Shown one piece after another: positions 19,796-30,009 of a stretch of DNA of 64,000 bases. Source of the stretch: Candidatus Dojkabacteria bacterium (GTDB taxonomy: Bacteria; Patescibacteriota; Dojkabacteria; B142; JAFGFJ01); assembly GCA_016931155.1 (NCBI GenBank), contig JAFGFJ010000006.1, positions 472,652 to 536,651 of the forward strand, in the 5' to 3' direction. A program made the position numbers and the translations under genes. Under the pieces are notes generated by a model that was not told the DNA's origin, searched no databases, and saw nothing but the letters and a program-made list of their open reading frames with translations. The first letter of the stretch is position 1. Each line of letters opens with the position of its first letter.

Positions 19796-21145
19796 ATGCT
19801 GAATAAGATCAAAAACACTTATCATCTGGTACAGTCGGTCATTTTTAATGCATTGAACGGGTTTCCTGCCTCAAAGCTTGATATTATTGGTGTTACAGGC
19901 ACGGATGGGAAAACTACTACTTCGTCTATGATTTATCATATTCTCAAGTTCTGCGGCAAGAAAGCTTCTCTTATATCAACTGTTGCAGCATATATCGGGG
20001 ATGAAGAGATAGATACCGGACTGCATGTGACAACTCCTGATCCATGGCGATTACCTTCGATTATCAAAAAAATAATATCAAGTGGGCATGAGATTCTTGT
20101 AATTGAAGCCACTTCTCAAGGTCTTGAGCAAAACAGATTGTGGGGAATAGAATTTTCCACCGCTGTATTTACAAATATTGGAAACGACCATTTGGATTAT
20201 CATGGAACTTGGGAAAAATATGCGAACGCTAAATTTAGGCTTGCAAGGCAATTGAAAAAAAACGGAACCTTAGTAATAAACGAGGATCATGAAGAAAGCT
20301 TTAGTTGGTTGAAGAATGCAGCCGAGAACAACAGATTCAGACATGCCAAGTCAAGGTTTTATTCGAAAAGAGAGTTAAAAAATATGAGCCAGTCTGTTGA
20401 TGGTCTAAGTTTTGAATATGATAATACAAAATTCTTTATCCCAGTAATCGGAGAGTATAATTTTGAAAATGGATTGGCAGCGATTGAAGCAACGAGAAAA
20501 TATGTGAGTCTGGATAAAATTTCAAAGGCATTATCTGAATTTACTTCTCCTGGTGGAAGGATGGAAATAATGAAGACGAAACCCTTTACTGTAATTGTTG
20601 ATTTTGCTCATACTCCTGATGCTCTCGAAAATTCGCTTCATTCAGTTAAGAAGATACTGGAAAAAGGCGGAAGAGTAATAAACGTATTTGGTTGTGCTGG
20701 AAAGAGAGACAAGGGTAGGAGAAGGATGGGGAAAGTATCGGCTGAATTAGCAGGTATTACTGTATTGACAGCGGAGGATCCAAGGGATGAAGATTTGAAG
20801 CAGGTGAATAATGAAATTCTGGCATACGCGAAAAAAGCGGGTGGATTTCTTGCGGGAAGGTTTTCTGATCACAAACAGTATTTAAAAAAGAAAATCATTG
20901 CAATTGAGAGAACAGGGAAAGCAAAAGGAAAGCCCGTTGTTGCTTTCGATGAAAATTCTGTAAAAAGTAGAAAAGATGCTATCGATTTTGCCATTTCTAT
21001 AGCAGAAAGGGGAGATGTTGTTTTTATTACTGGAAAAGGACACGAGAAGAGCCTTTCTTTTGGTGCTAAGGAGAAAGAATATTCATGGAGTGATCAGGAA
21101 GAGGTAAAAAGAGTCCTAAAGAGACAGGAGCTTAAGAAAAAGTAG
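19796..21145 (+). CDS. murE: UDP-N-acetylmuramoyl-L-alanyl-D-glutamate--2,6-diaminopimelate ligase MurE, lacking the usual N-terminal domain
   Basis: P-loop IIGVTGTDGKTTT near residue 35, DFAHTPDAL, an EDPR motif at the DNPR position, C-terminal GKGHE. Confidence 0.85.
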   Translation: MLNKIKNTYHLVQSVIFNALNGFPASKLDIIGVTGTDGKTTTSSMIYHILKFCGKKASLISTVAAYIGDEEIDTGLHVTTPDPWRLPSIIKKIISSGHEILVIEATSQGLEQNRLWGIEFSTAVFTNIGNDHLDYHGTWEKYANAKFRLARQLKKNGTLVINEDHEESFSWLKNAAENNRFRHAKSRFYSKRELKNMSQSVDGLSFEYDNTKFFIPVIGEYNFENGLAAIEATRKYVSLDKISKALSEFTSPGGRMEIMKTKPFTVIVDFAHTPDALENSLHSVKKILEKGGRVINVFGCAGKRDKGRRRMGKVSAELAGITVLTAEDPRDEDLKQVNNEILAYAKKAGGFLAGRFSDHKQYLKKKIIAIERTGKAKGKPVVAFDENSVKSRKDAIDFAISIAERGDVVFITGKGHEKSLSFGAKEKEYSWSDQEEVKRVLKRQELKKK

Positions 21146-21329
21146 TTATGTCAGTCTTGATTTCAGAGGTGAATTTAGAGCAAAGAAACACTTCAATGAG
21201 TTTTGAATTCCCAGAAATAATAGAATTAAGAATTACATTTGCTGGCAGGAAGAAAAATGTTTTTCCTGAAAATTGGCATAAAAATTTGGGGTTTGAGACT
21301 AACGGTTTGATAGAAATGAAAGTTGATAT

Positions 21330-21980
21330 CTAATTTATGGATTTTAACTCAGCCAGATCCTTTCTCCATTCTTTTCCGTCGAACCACTCTATTCCACTAA
21401 ATTGTAGCTTGTATTTCGAGGATGCGTCCTTGTAGGAACCAAGGTAAATGTATTTTTTGTTTTTGTCTTTTGCCCAGTTTACAGCAATTGTCATCATCCC
21501 TATGCCCAGTCCGGCTTTATCAAACTCGAGTTCATAAAAAGGGTAGGAGTAATGCAGGATATTTTTTGTCTCAAGGCAGATACAATAACCAAGATCTCTC
21601 TCTATTTGTGAGTACACAAATAACCTGTTGAAGTTGCTTTTTTCATGATCAGTAAGCACATTTTTTATTTTACCTGCAGACATTGTTCCAGATCCAAATT
21701 TCTGAGTATAAAAATTCTTTGCGAGTTTATGGAATTTGTAGTTGTAATTCACCAGAGGAACTGCTTGCACACCAAGTGAAATTTTTTCGTTTTTACGCAA
21801 AATTCTTCTATTCTCACTGCTCATCTCAAATTTCTCGAGGTTTACTCTGATGCTTCTTGTCTGTTCCATGGAACCTTTGAATTTTCTTGTAAAGACAAAG
21901 CCTCTGTCGTAAGAATCCTCAATCAGTTCATCGCAAAAGTCCGATAAAGATTTTTCCGCCCACTTTATATAATCAATCAT
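21330..21980 (-). CDS. Bpt/Ate1-like aminoacyl-tRNA--protein transferase family protein
   Basis: SENRRILRKNE block and C-terminal YIYLGSY...YKLQF resemble the ATE_N and ATE_C signatures. Confidence 0.45.
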   Translation of the reverse strand: MIDYIKWAEKSLSDFCDELIEDSYDRGFVFTRKFKGSMEQTRSIRVNLEKFEMSSENRRILRKNEKISLGVQAVPLVNYNYKFHKLAKNFYTQKFGSGTMSAGKIKNVLTDHEKSNFNRLFVYSQIERDLGYCICLETKNILHYSYPFYELEFDKAGLGIGMMTIAVNWAKDKNKKYIYLGSYKDASSKYKLQFSGIEWFDGKEWRKDLAELKSIN

Positions 21981-22203
21981 CTACTATTTCAATAGTTTTA
22001 ATATTGTTTTTCATTCCTTTGATTATACTTATATTTTGTGGTTTTGTGTCGAAATATTGAGACAGTAATCTAATGATTGCATCATTGGCCTTCCCTTTTT
22101 GAGGGGGATCTGTCACTTTGAGTTTATAATCATATAAAGGGTTTTCCACCTTTTCTATTGAGTTTTTGGATGACTTTGTAATTGCTTTTATTCTAATATT
22201 CAT
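21973..22203 (-). CDS. YggU/DUF167 family protein
   Basis: LKVTDPPQKGKANDAIIRLLSQ matches the UPF0235 core. Confidence 0.6.
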   Translation of the reverse strand: MNIRIKAITKSSKNSIEKVENPLYDYKLKVTDPPQKGKANDAIIRLLSQYFDTKPQNISIIKGMKNNIKTIEIVDD

Positions 22204-22291
22204 TCAATCATTTCTTTTATAGTTACCGGGCTTGTGCCAAATAAATTGGCAACTAATATGAATGACAGTATTGACCAGAATACACAAATTG

Positions 22292-22822
22292 CTAATACTC
22301 AAGTCCCTTAATAGCTTTTAATCCTTTACCGTCTTCATATAAGTGTTTGATTTCTTTCATTTCGGTAACTATATCTGCTTCCTTCACCATATTTTTTGTA
22401 GCTCCACGACCAGTAAGAATCAAATGAGTTTTTCCTCTTTTTGCAAGGTTGATGATTCTTAGGACTTCTTTTTCGCTTAGCATATTAAATAGCACTGCAA
22501 CATTTATTTCATCTAGGACTAAAAGAAAAGGCTTTTCATCAGACACAACTTCCACTGCTTTGCTGAAAGCTTTGTTTACTAGTTTTATATCCTCTTTCGA
22601 TGGTTTTTTGAAATTAACCCATCCTTTCTTCCCAAAAGATTCTATTTCTAAGTTCTTTTTTTCAACTGTTTCGAGAAATTCTACTTCAGCTGATTTTAGC
22701 CAGTCTTTAGATTTCATGAACTGGATAATATGTACCTTCTTTCCGCAACCAATTGCTCTTAAGGCTGTACCAAATGCGGCTGTTGTTTTGCCTTTTCCTT
22801 TGCCCGTAAAAATATAAATCAT
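22292..22822 (-). CDS. cobO: ATP:cob(I)alamin adenosyltransferase (CobA/CobO/BtuR type)
   Basis: N-terminal IYIFTGKGKGKTTAAFGTALRAIGCGKKVHIIQFMKS. Confidence 0.85.
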   Translation of the reverse strand: MIYIFTGKGKGKTTAAFGTALRAIGCGKKVHIIQFMKSKDWLKSAEVEFLETVEKKNLEIESFGKKGWVNFKKPSKEDIKLVNKAFSKAVEVVSDEKPFLLVLDEINVAVLFNMLSEKEVLRIINLAKRGKTHLILTGRGATKNMVKEADIVTEMKEIKHLYEDGKGLKAIKGLEY

Positions 22823-22843
22823 AGTATTTAATATACCAAAAAC

Positions 22844-25360
22844 CTAGTTGTTTTGTCTTTTTATCATTTTCAATCTTTCTATTTCTTCATTCAGTAGTTG
22901 CATGTATAGTCCAAGCCCAATGTTTAAAATATTTCCATGTTGTTCCTTTCCGAGAATATTACCCGCACCTCTTATCTCTAGGTCACGGCTGGCAAGGCTA
23001 AACCCGCTTCCTAGTTCTTGAAGATCATGAATTGCCTGGAGTCTTTGGTCAGCCTTATATCCCTTTGGCTTTTTTTTCTCAATGTATTCCTCGGTTTCAA
23101 CTATTTCTGCCTTCACAATCTCTTCAATTCGTTCCGATTTATGAGAATAGAGAAGATGAGCATAGGCTTGCTCGTCTGATCTTCCTACACGTCCTCTCAA
23201 TTGATAAAGCTGTGCAAGTCCGAAGTTTTGGGCATTGTTTACAATGAGAGTGTTAACGTTTGGCATATCAAGACCATTTTCAATAATAGTAGTGCAAAGC
23301 AGGACATCGTATTTTTTGTTGTAAAAATCTTCCATTACTTTTTCGAGTTGAGCCGGTTCCATCTGTCCGTGACCAATTGCAATTCTCAACGAGGGGAGGT
23401 AGCCTTGCAATTTTGCTTTCATTGAATCAATAGTTCTAACTTCATTGTGGACAAAATAAACCTGACCACCTCTTTTTAGTTCAAATGTAATTGCATCAAT
23501 AAGTTTTGTCCATGCGAAATTAACTACATTCGTTTTTATCGGCTTTCGACCTCTTGGTGGAGTTGTGATTATCGAGATGTCGAGAATCTGAGAAAGTGCC
23601 ATGCTGAGTGTTCTTGGGATTGGACTTGCCGATAAGGTAATTGTGTGAACCTGTGTATTTAAATTTTTTAAGATTTCTTTTTGTTTTACTCCGAACTTCT
23701 GTTCTTCGTCTATCACAATTAGCCCTAGATTTTTGAATGATACATCATTCGATAGAAGTCTATGTGTGCCCACGACAATATCTATCTCGCCTGAATTTAT
23801 TTTATTAATAGCAGTACTATTTTCTTGTCTTAAACCAAACCTTGAAAGTGAGGCAATTCTTACCGGGAAGCCTCTAAACCTTTCTTTGAGTACGGAATAA
23901 TGTTGAGCAACAAGTACTGTGGTTGGAGCAAGGATCGCAACCTGCTGACCGGACTCAATTATTCTGAATGCCGCTCTCATAAATACCTCAGTTTTACCAA
24001 ACCCTACATCTCCTACAATCAATCTGTTCATTGGTCTTTCTTTCATGAGATCTTCCTCGATCTGCCTTATTGCAACGAGCTGATCTTCTGTTTCTTCATA
24101 TGCGAATTTGTCGCTGAAATCTTTATAGGCTTCTGTTTTTATTTCATCAATTGGGGAGACTTTACTGATTTCTCTTTTGGCTAAACCTTCCAGCAATTCT
24201 CTTGCTAGAAGTCCGATGGATTTTTTTATCTTTGTTTTGAGTCTGTTCCACATACCTTTTCCAAGTCTGGTTATTTGTGGTGCCTTATCAGTTGGGGCAA
24301 TATACTTGGTTAATTTATGTGCTTGGTTTAAAGGAACAAGAAGCTCATCTCCTTCTGCGTACTTTAAGAGAATAAACTGCTTATTGTCAGGTTCCTGCGT
24401 AATCCCTCCATAGATAGCTACACCATAGTCCTCGTGCACCAAATAACTTCCCACTTTTATCTCACCCTCCAGTTGCCTTAAAAATTTAGTCGAATCTGAT
24501 TCTTTTCCTTTTTTAACAAGGAATATCGTTCCGAAAAGCTCTCTGTCAGTAATAAAAATAGTTTTTAAATCCTTTGAGTAAAAACCTGATTCTATAGTAG
24601 TATCTGATTTTACAACGTACTTTCTCAGTTCTTTCGGGATTTCATTTTTATGTTTGGTATAGATAATTGGTTTGTAACTTAGACCTATAAGTCTTATTAT
24701 TTCCTTCTTGAGAAGATCGAATCTATGAAAGAATAGTTGAGGGTACTGGAAATCGAAAGAAATAATCTTGTCTTCAACTCTTTTTTCTTCATCCGAAAAG
24801 GACAAGCAAGCTCCTTTGAATATTTTGTTATTGTCGGATGAAATATTGATGAAATTGTCTGATTCAGCCAGAGACAAATCGCCAAGTACAAGTTCCTCTA
24901 TTCTTTTTATTCTTGTTCCATATATGCTATCGTAGACTTCCAGTTCTTCTATCTCTTCTCCAAAAAAGATCGCTCTGACCGGATTATCAAGTTCGATCGG
25001 CCAGAAACTGATTGTGTCACCCTTAATACTGAAATCTCTTTTCGTATAGACTTTGCTTTGGTTTGAAAAATTACTTTTTATTAGAGTGTTTTTCAGTACG
25101 GAAAACTTCAGTGTAGTCTTGCTGTAAGTGTTGAGGCTTTTCAAGTATCTAATATTTTCTCTTGTTGCATAGTTTAGAAATATAAATTTCTTTTTAAAAA
25201 CTTGTTCCAAAATGTGGAAAAGAGGTTTTTGAAAATGAAGAAAGAAGCCCTTGATTAACACAAAACGAGCGGGTTTTATATTTGCCCACTCTTTTAAATA
25301 TTTGATTAATTCTTTTGTTGATGGATGAGAAGCAATCAGCCCCTCAATCTCACTTGACAT
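22844..25360 (-). CDS. mfd: transcription-repair coupling factor Mfd (short form, reduced N-terminal region)
   Basis: RNAP-interacting domain (GSYLVHEDYGVAIY), SF2 helicase motif I GDVGFGKTEV, C-terminal TRCF domain. Confidence 0.9.
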   Translation of the reverse strand: MSSEIEGLIASHPSTKELIKYLKEWANIKPARFVLIKGFFLHFQKPLFHILEQVFKKKFIFLNYATRENIRYLKSLNTYSKTTLKFSVLKNTLIKSNFSNQSKVYTKRDFSIKGDTISFWPIELDNPVRAIFFGEEIEELEVYDSIYGTRIKRIEELVLGDLSLAESDNFINISSDNNKIFKGACLSFSDEEKRVEDKIISFDFQYPQLFFHRFDLLKKEIIRLIGLSYKPIIYTKHKNEIPKELRKYVVKSDTTIESGFYSKDLKTIFITDRELFGTIFLVKKGKESDSTKFLRQLEGEIKVGSYLVHEDYGVAIYGGITQEPDNKQFILLKYAEGDELLVPLNQAHKLTKYIAPTDKAPQITRLGKGMWNRLKTKIKKSIGLLARELLEGLAKREISKVSPIDEIKTEAYKDFSDKFAYEETEDQLVAIRQIEEDLMKERPMNRLIVGDVGFGKTEVFMRAAFRIIESGQQVAILAPTTVLVAQHYSVLKERFRGFPVRIASLSRFGLRQENSTAINKINSGEIDIVVGTHRLLSNDVSFKNLGLIVIDEEQKFGVKQKEILKNLNTQVHTITLSASPIPRTLSMALSQILDISIITTPPRGRKPIKTNVVNFAWTKLIDAITFELKRGGQVYFVHNEVRTIDSMKAKLQGYLPSLRIAIGHGQMEPAQLEKVMEDFYNKKYDVLLCTTIIENGLDMPNVNTLIVNNAQNFGLAQLYQLRGRVGRSDEQAYAHLLYSHKSERIEEIVKAEIVETEEYIEKKKPKGYKADQRLQAIHDLQELGSGFSLASRDLEIRGAGNILGKEQHGNILNIGLGLYMQLLNEEIERLKMIKRQNN

Positions 25361-25407
25361 CGAACGAGTATAGCATAGTTGATTTTAATATGTTTGGGAA
25401 ATCGTTT

Positions 25408-25525
25408 ATCTTATATCACATATCTGGTATTGCATATCCTACGTTCTATTTCCTATGTCTTATATCATATATCCTGCACTCTATGCTATATCCCACGGCT
25501 AATATCCCTCCCCATGGCCTATATA
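25408..25525 (+). repeat. Degenerate ~11-bp periodic repeats (cTATATCC-like) in the mfd upstream region
   Basis: cttatatcaca tatctggtatt gcatatcctac ... tatatcccacg gctaatatccc read directly. Confidence 0.4.
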
Positions 25526-25584
25526 GTAAATAAATATCAGGATTTACCTTGACATAGATCTTTCTTTTGGGTACATTGTTAGCG

Positions 25585-25625
25585 GTAGCTCAATTGACTT
25601 CGGTTTTGCGAGCTACCATTTTTTG
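25585..25625 (+). terminator. Orphan intrinsic-terminator-like hairpin with a T7 run, plus strand, with no annotated upstream plus-strand gene
   Basis: GGTAGCTC-18 nt-GAGCTACC followed by ATTTTTTG. Confidence 0.3.
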
Positions 25626-25670
25626 TAAATAAGATTTGCTATAACTCCATAGCAAAAGCTAAGAAATTCC

Positions 25671-28295
25671 TCAATTTTTTTCAGTTGTTTTTTTGAGTTT
25701 CTCCAACTCGCTCAGTGCTTCAAGTGGTGTGAGTTTGTTGGGATTTAATTGCTTTAGCTTTTTGATTGCTGGGTGTTCATCATTTGAAATCCCAAACGCA
25801 AGTTGGATAGGCTGCGTCTTCACAGTATGTGATTCAATGTATTTTTTTGCCTTGTCTTTACTGAACATATTTTCGTGCTCGAGATTCATCAGTATTTCCT
25901 TCGATCTTTCAACAACCTCTTCTGGAATACCAGCCAATTGTGCAACATGCGTTCCATAGCTTTCGTCTGTACCGCCTTTTACTATCTTTCTTAAGAATGT
26001 GACTTTATTGCCTTCTTTTTTTACCGCGACATTATAATTTTTTACTCCAGAAAGTTTTTCTTCAAGCTCAATTAGTTCGTGGTAATGGGTTGCAAATAAT
26101 GTTTTTGCTTTTACTTTTTCGTGAAGGTATTCAGCTATTGCCCATGCTATTGCAACACCATCATAAGTGCTTGTTCCACGTCCAACTTCATCGAGAATTA
26201 TTAGAGACTTATTTGTTGAATTATTGAGAATATTGGCTGTTTCGTTCATTTCGACGAGGAACGTACTTTCCCCATGTGCAAGGTTATCGCTTGCTCCGAT
26301 TCTTGTAAAAATTCTATCGACTATTGACCATGTCATTTTCTCGGCTGGTACAAATGAACCGATTTGTGCCATGTGTGTGATAAGTGCAACCTGTCTTATG
26401 TAAGTCGATTTCCCAGACATATTCGGGCCTGTAAGAATAATCAATTCGTTATTTTTGTTATCCAGCTCAGTGTCATTTGACACAAAAGGCTCTTCCGAAA
26501 TTTCCTCGATTACCGGGTGCCTTCCTTTTTTGATTATGAGTACGTCTTTCCCGTTGTCGACAATTTGAGGTTTAATGTATCTATTGAGTCTTGCTATCTC
26601 AGCAAAATTTGAAATTGCATCAACTGTGGAAATTTTGTCTGAAATCTTCTGAAGATTATCAATACTTTTTGCAATTTCGTTTCTTATCTCCTGAAAAATT
26701 TCAAGTTCAAGTTTTATCACTTTTTCTTGGGCGTTGAGAATTTTGTCCTCCCATTCTTTTAACTCTGGGGTGATAAATCTTTCTGCATTTACCAGGGTCT
26801 GTTTTCTTATATAATCATCCGGCACTTTATCAAGATTTGATTTGCTTATTTCTATATAGTAACCAAAGACTTTGTTGTATCTAACCTTTAGCGAAGAAAT
26901 TCCTGTTCTGTTAATTTCTCTTGCCTGAAGATTTCTAATCCAGTCTTTGCCATTAATCATTGCCTGCTTGATTTCCAAAAGTTCTCTGTTGTATGTCGGT
27001 TTTATTATATTACCTTCGGTAAGCGTATTTGGAGGTTCCTCATCTATGGATTCGAGAATAAGTCTAACCACTTTTTTCGCATCTTTTATTGTATCTTTGC
27101 ACAATCCCTTTTTTATATTCAACAAAGTGTTTTTTGAGTCAATAATAAGATTGAATACTTCTAAAGCATCTTCAAGCGAATTCTTCAGCGTAAGTAAATC
27201 TCTGGCATTTGCATTTCCTGTCCCGATCCTGCCTAATATTCTTTCCAGATCAGACATCTGTTCTAGTTTCTCTTGAATTTTTGAAAGTTTAATATTGTCT
27301 TTGAAAAGTTCTTCTACGCTGTCCTGCCTTTCTTTAATTTGAGTTTTGTTTATCAATGGGTTTAAAATCCATTTTCTGATTAGTCTTCTTCCCATAGCGG
27401 TCTTTGCGTTCCCAAGAATACCTATTAGAGTTGCTTTTTGATCGCTTGAGTTCAATGGGTAAAGAAGTTCAAGGTTTCTGATTGTTGATAAATCCAGGTT
27501 CATATACTTATCCGTTTCTTTTCTGATTTTTGTTATATGATCGAGTGTGGATCTTTGTGTGTTATTCAGATAATAAATAATAATGCCCGCAGCAATAATA
27601 CCGGACTTTTCACCCTCAATTCCAAAGCTTTTTAAATTTTTTGTTTTAAACTGCCTAGTGAGCCTGATAAAATTTTCTTTAAAATTGAATTCCTCTTGGT
27701 CTATTTTTTGTATAAGACCAAAGTTGAAAGTATCTGTATAAGCTGAATCTGCTGAAAGCAGAAGTTCGGAAGGGGAGAGTCTTTTTACATAAGAAACGAT
27801 GTCATCGGGAATAAACCCTTCCAAAGAAGAGAAGAATGATTTTATTTTAAACTCCCCTGTTGTAAGGTCAGTAAAAGCTATTGCCCATTCAGTGCCACCT
27901 TTTATTTTTGAGTTGTAAATTGCTGCAAGATAATTATTTTCAGAGTCGCTCAATGACTTTTCATCCATGATTGTCCCTTTTGTGATGATTTTGACTATAT
28001 CTCTCTCAACAATTCTTCCTGCTTGTGCCTCCTCCATCTGTTCGGCTATGGCAACTTTGTACCCTGCGTTTACAAGTTTGTGGAGATAGGAGTCAAGGGC
28101 GTGGTAGGGAATACCGGCCATTGGTCGGGAATTTTCTCCTTTTCCTCTTTTTGTGAGTGTAATCCCCAAAACCCTGGAGAGAGTTTTGGCGTCATTGTTG
28201 AACCCCTCGTAAAAATCTCCAAGCCGGAAAAGCACTATACAGTCTGAATAGCGTTTCTTAAGTTTATCGTATTGTATAGACATCGGAGTGGCCAT
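25671..28295 (-). CDS. mutS: DNA mismatch repair protein MutS
   Basis: Mismatch-binding N-terminus (GDFYE), Walker A TGPNMSGKST, C-terminal dimerisation region. Start placed at the internal ATG (MATPMSIQYDKL) of track ORF 25671..28433. Confidence 0.9.
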   Translation of the reverse strand: MATPMSIQYDKLKKRYSDCIVLFRLGDFYEGFNNDAKTLSRVLGITLTKRGKGENSRPMAGIPYHALDSYLHKLVNAGYKVAIAEQMEEAQAGRIVERDIVKIITKGTIMDEKSLSDSENNYLAAIYNSKIKGGTEWAIAFTDLTTGEFKIKSFFSSLEGFIPDDIVSYVKRLSPSELLLSADSAYTDTFNFGLIQKIDQEEFNFKENFIRLTRQFKTKNLKSFGIEGEKSGIIAAGIIIYYLNNTQRSTLDHITKIRKETDKYMNLDLSTIRNLELLYPLNSSDQKATLIGILGNAKTAMGRRLIRKWILNPLINKTQIKERQDSVEELFKDNIKLSKIQEKLEQMSDLERILGRIGTGNANARDLLTLKNSLEDALEVFNLIIDSKNTLLNIKKGLCKDTIKDAKKVVRLILESIDEEPPNTLTEGNIIKPTYNRELLEIKQAMINGKDWIRNLQAREINRTGISSLKVRYNKVFGYYIEISKSNLDKVPDDYIRKQTLVNAERFITPELKEWEDKILNAQEKVIKLELEIFQEIRNEIAKSIDNLQKISDKISTVDAISNFAEIARLNRYIKPQIVDNGKDVLIIKKGRHPVIEEISEEPFVSNDTELDNKNNELIILTGPNMSGKSTYIRQVALITHMAQIGSFVPAEKMTWSIVDRIFTRIGASDNLAHGESTFLVEMNETANILNNSTNKSLIILDEVGRGTSTYDGVAIAWAIAEYLHEKVKAKTLFATHYHELIELEEKLSGVKNYNVAVKKEGNKVTFLRKIVKGGTDESYGTHVAQLAGIPEEVVERSKEILMNLEHENMFSKDKAKKYIESHTVKTQPIQLAFGISNDEHPAIKKLKQLNPNKLTPLEALSELEKLKKTTEKN

Positions 28296-28441
28296 AGATA
28301 ATTGTACAACAAGGTTTATGAGGCAGAAAGTAGATTCTAGCGTATCAATATTTTGAAAGTAAAAAAATCTTTCTGAAAGTATATTCTGTTCTACACGAGG
28401 TTCTTGATAAGAGGGGGCAGTTATCAAAGACAATTATTCTT

Positions 28442-28530
28442 TGGTGCCGAGGACAGGAGTTGAACCTGCATGGGATTGCTCCCGCTGGTTCCTAAGACCA
28501 GTGCGTCTACCAATTCCGCCACCTCGGCAC
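28442..28530 (-). tRNA. tRNA-Leu (anticodon TAG), type II long variable arm, CCA encoded
   Basis: Hand-folded cloverleaf; GTGGCGGAATTGGTAGACGC D-arm; anticodon loop CTTAGGA. Confidence 0.85.
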
Positions 28531-28600
28531 AATCAGATTTTGGAATTTTATCATATTCTTATGCTATTGAGATAATGTTAGAGTTTATAAACATATTGCC

Positions 28601-29642
28601 ATGCTCAATTTCTTTTCCAAAAATGAAAAGCTGTTTTTTCTTCATAGTTCGATATTTGCTGTTCCGTTATCAATAGCAGGTGTTTTTATCAATTTTTTTG
28701 TCTGGGACAAGACTGCAAGTCTTGTTTCAGTTGGTCTTTTTCAGGCATACAGTGCTGCAGGCATTGTGGTTGGGGCATTTCTTGGAGCAATACTTTTGAA
28801 CAGAATTGCTCCTAATATAATGCGTATTGTTGGATCGATTTTTACTGCAATTTCAATAGGTATTATTCTTGTTTTCAGTTACGATATCTCAAAATACATT
28901 TTGCCATCTGGTCTTTTCTTTGGAATAGCGATAGGGTCGAGGGCTATGGCTAACAAACTTATTTTCTTGAGGGGTGTGGATGTTCAATCAAGAGAAAAGT
29001 ATATTAATAATGAAAAGCATGTATCTTCAATTTCTGCGATTATAGTTCCCTTTGCGGCAGCTCTTCTGATCAGTAAGACCGGGAATTATACTATTTTGTT
29101 TATCTTGGTGGCTATACTTTTTGCTCTTTCTTCGATTCCACTTCTGATGATTAAGGGATTGGGGAACCTATAATGCTATTTTTGCTTTTCTTTCTGCAAT
29201 AATTACATACACCCTCGGAAGAAAAGTAAAGTTTTCAAACTCAAAGGATTACCTTATAGTAATGTCATATATTTTTACTCTTGCAGGTCTATTGTTTGCT
29301 TCAAGTTTTGATTTTACATCATATCTGATTTTCAGTTTTATTGCAGGGATCTCTTCAAAGCTCTTTGATACTGCTTTTCAAAGTATAGAATCAAAAATTA
29401 TTGATAGAAATATTGGGGATTTAGATACTATCGATGAATTCAATTTGCTTGAGGAAATTCCTTTGTTTTTTGGTAGAATGATTCCATTTCTCTTTGTAGT
29501 AATAACTAAACCCACTTTTGAAAATGATCTTCTTTTGAGAGTATTTGTTCTTATGGTTTCATTGATTCCTTTTGTGATTTCATATATTCTTTCAAATACT
29601 TATGTTACAAGAAGAAGTAAGGATCCTTTTGTGAAAGGATAA
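28601..29642 (+). pseudogene. MFS-like transporter split by a frameshift near 29151-29173 (track ORFs 28601..29173 and 29262..29642)
   Basis: Both parts are polytopic membrane segments. The downstream frame is open from 29151 and overlaps the upstream ORF's last 7 codons, so a single +/-1 shift fuses them into a ~350-aa protein. Confidence 0.45.
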
Positions 29643-30009
29643 AGTATATATAATCAATGTATTTTTAGTTATAAAATTATATTTTCTTGTCTAAAATTTT
29701 AATTATAAAATTCATATGAAAACCAATATAGAAAATAACGGTAGTAATGGAAATAACGGTAGTAATGACCCGAGCTTAGGGCTAGAGCTTCCTTTGAGTT
29801 ATCGTATCGAAAGACTGCAAAGGAAACTCTATACACAATCTCGTTTTATGGGATTAGAGTCTGAACCGGGTGCATCTTGTTCAAAGCCTAATGAAGGAGA
29901 TGGGTTTCGTTTTGAAGAACCTTGATCATTAAGGTATGTACATAATAATTGAGGGCATAGCTAAATGTTATCTTTGAAGAACCAATTATTAATGCGTATG
30001 CACGATACT

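Noticed and set aside
25315-25533. 72-aa plus-strand ORF in the mfd-mutS spacer
   Set aside because: Its sequence is the periodic TATATCC repeat region read in one frame (YPTFYFLCLISYILHSMLY); more likely non-coding.
29716-29925. 69-aa ORF with a tandem AATAACGGTAGTAATG duplication
   Set aside because: Short, Asn/Gly low-complexity start, no supporting signals; probably non-coding duplication.
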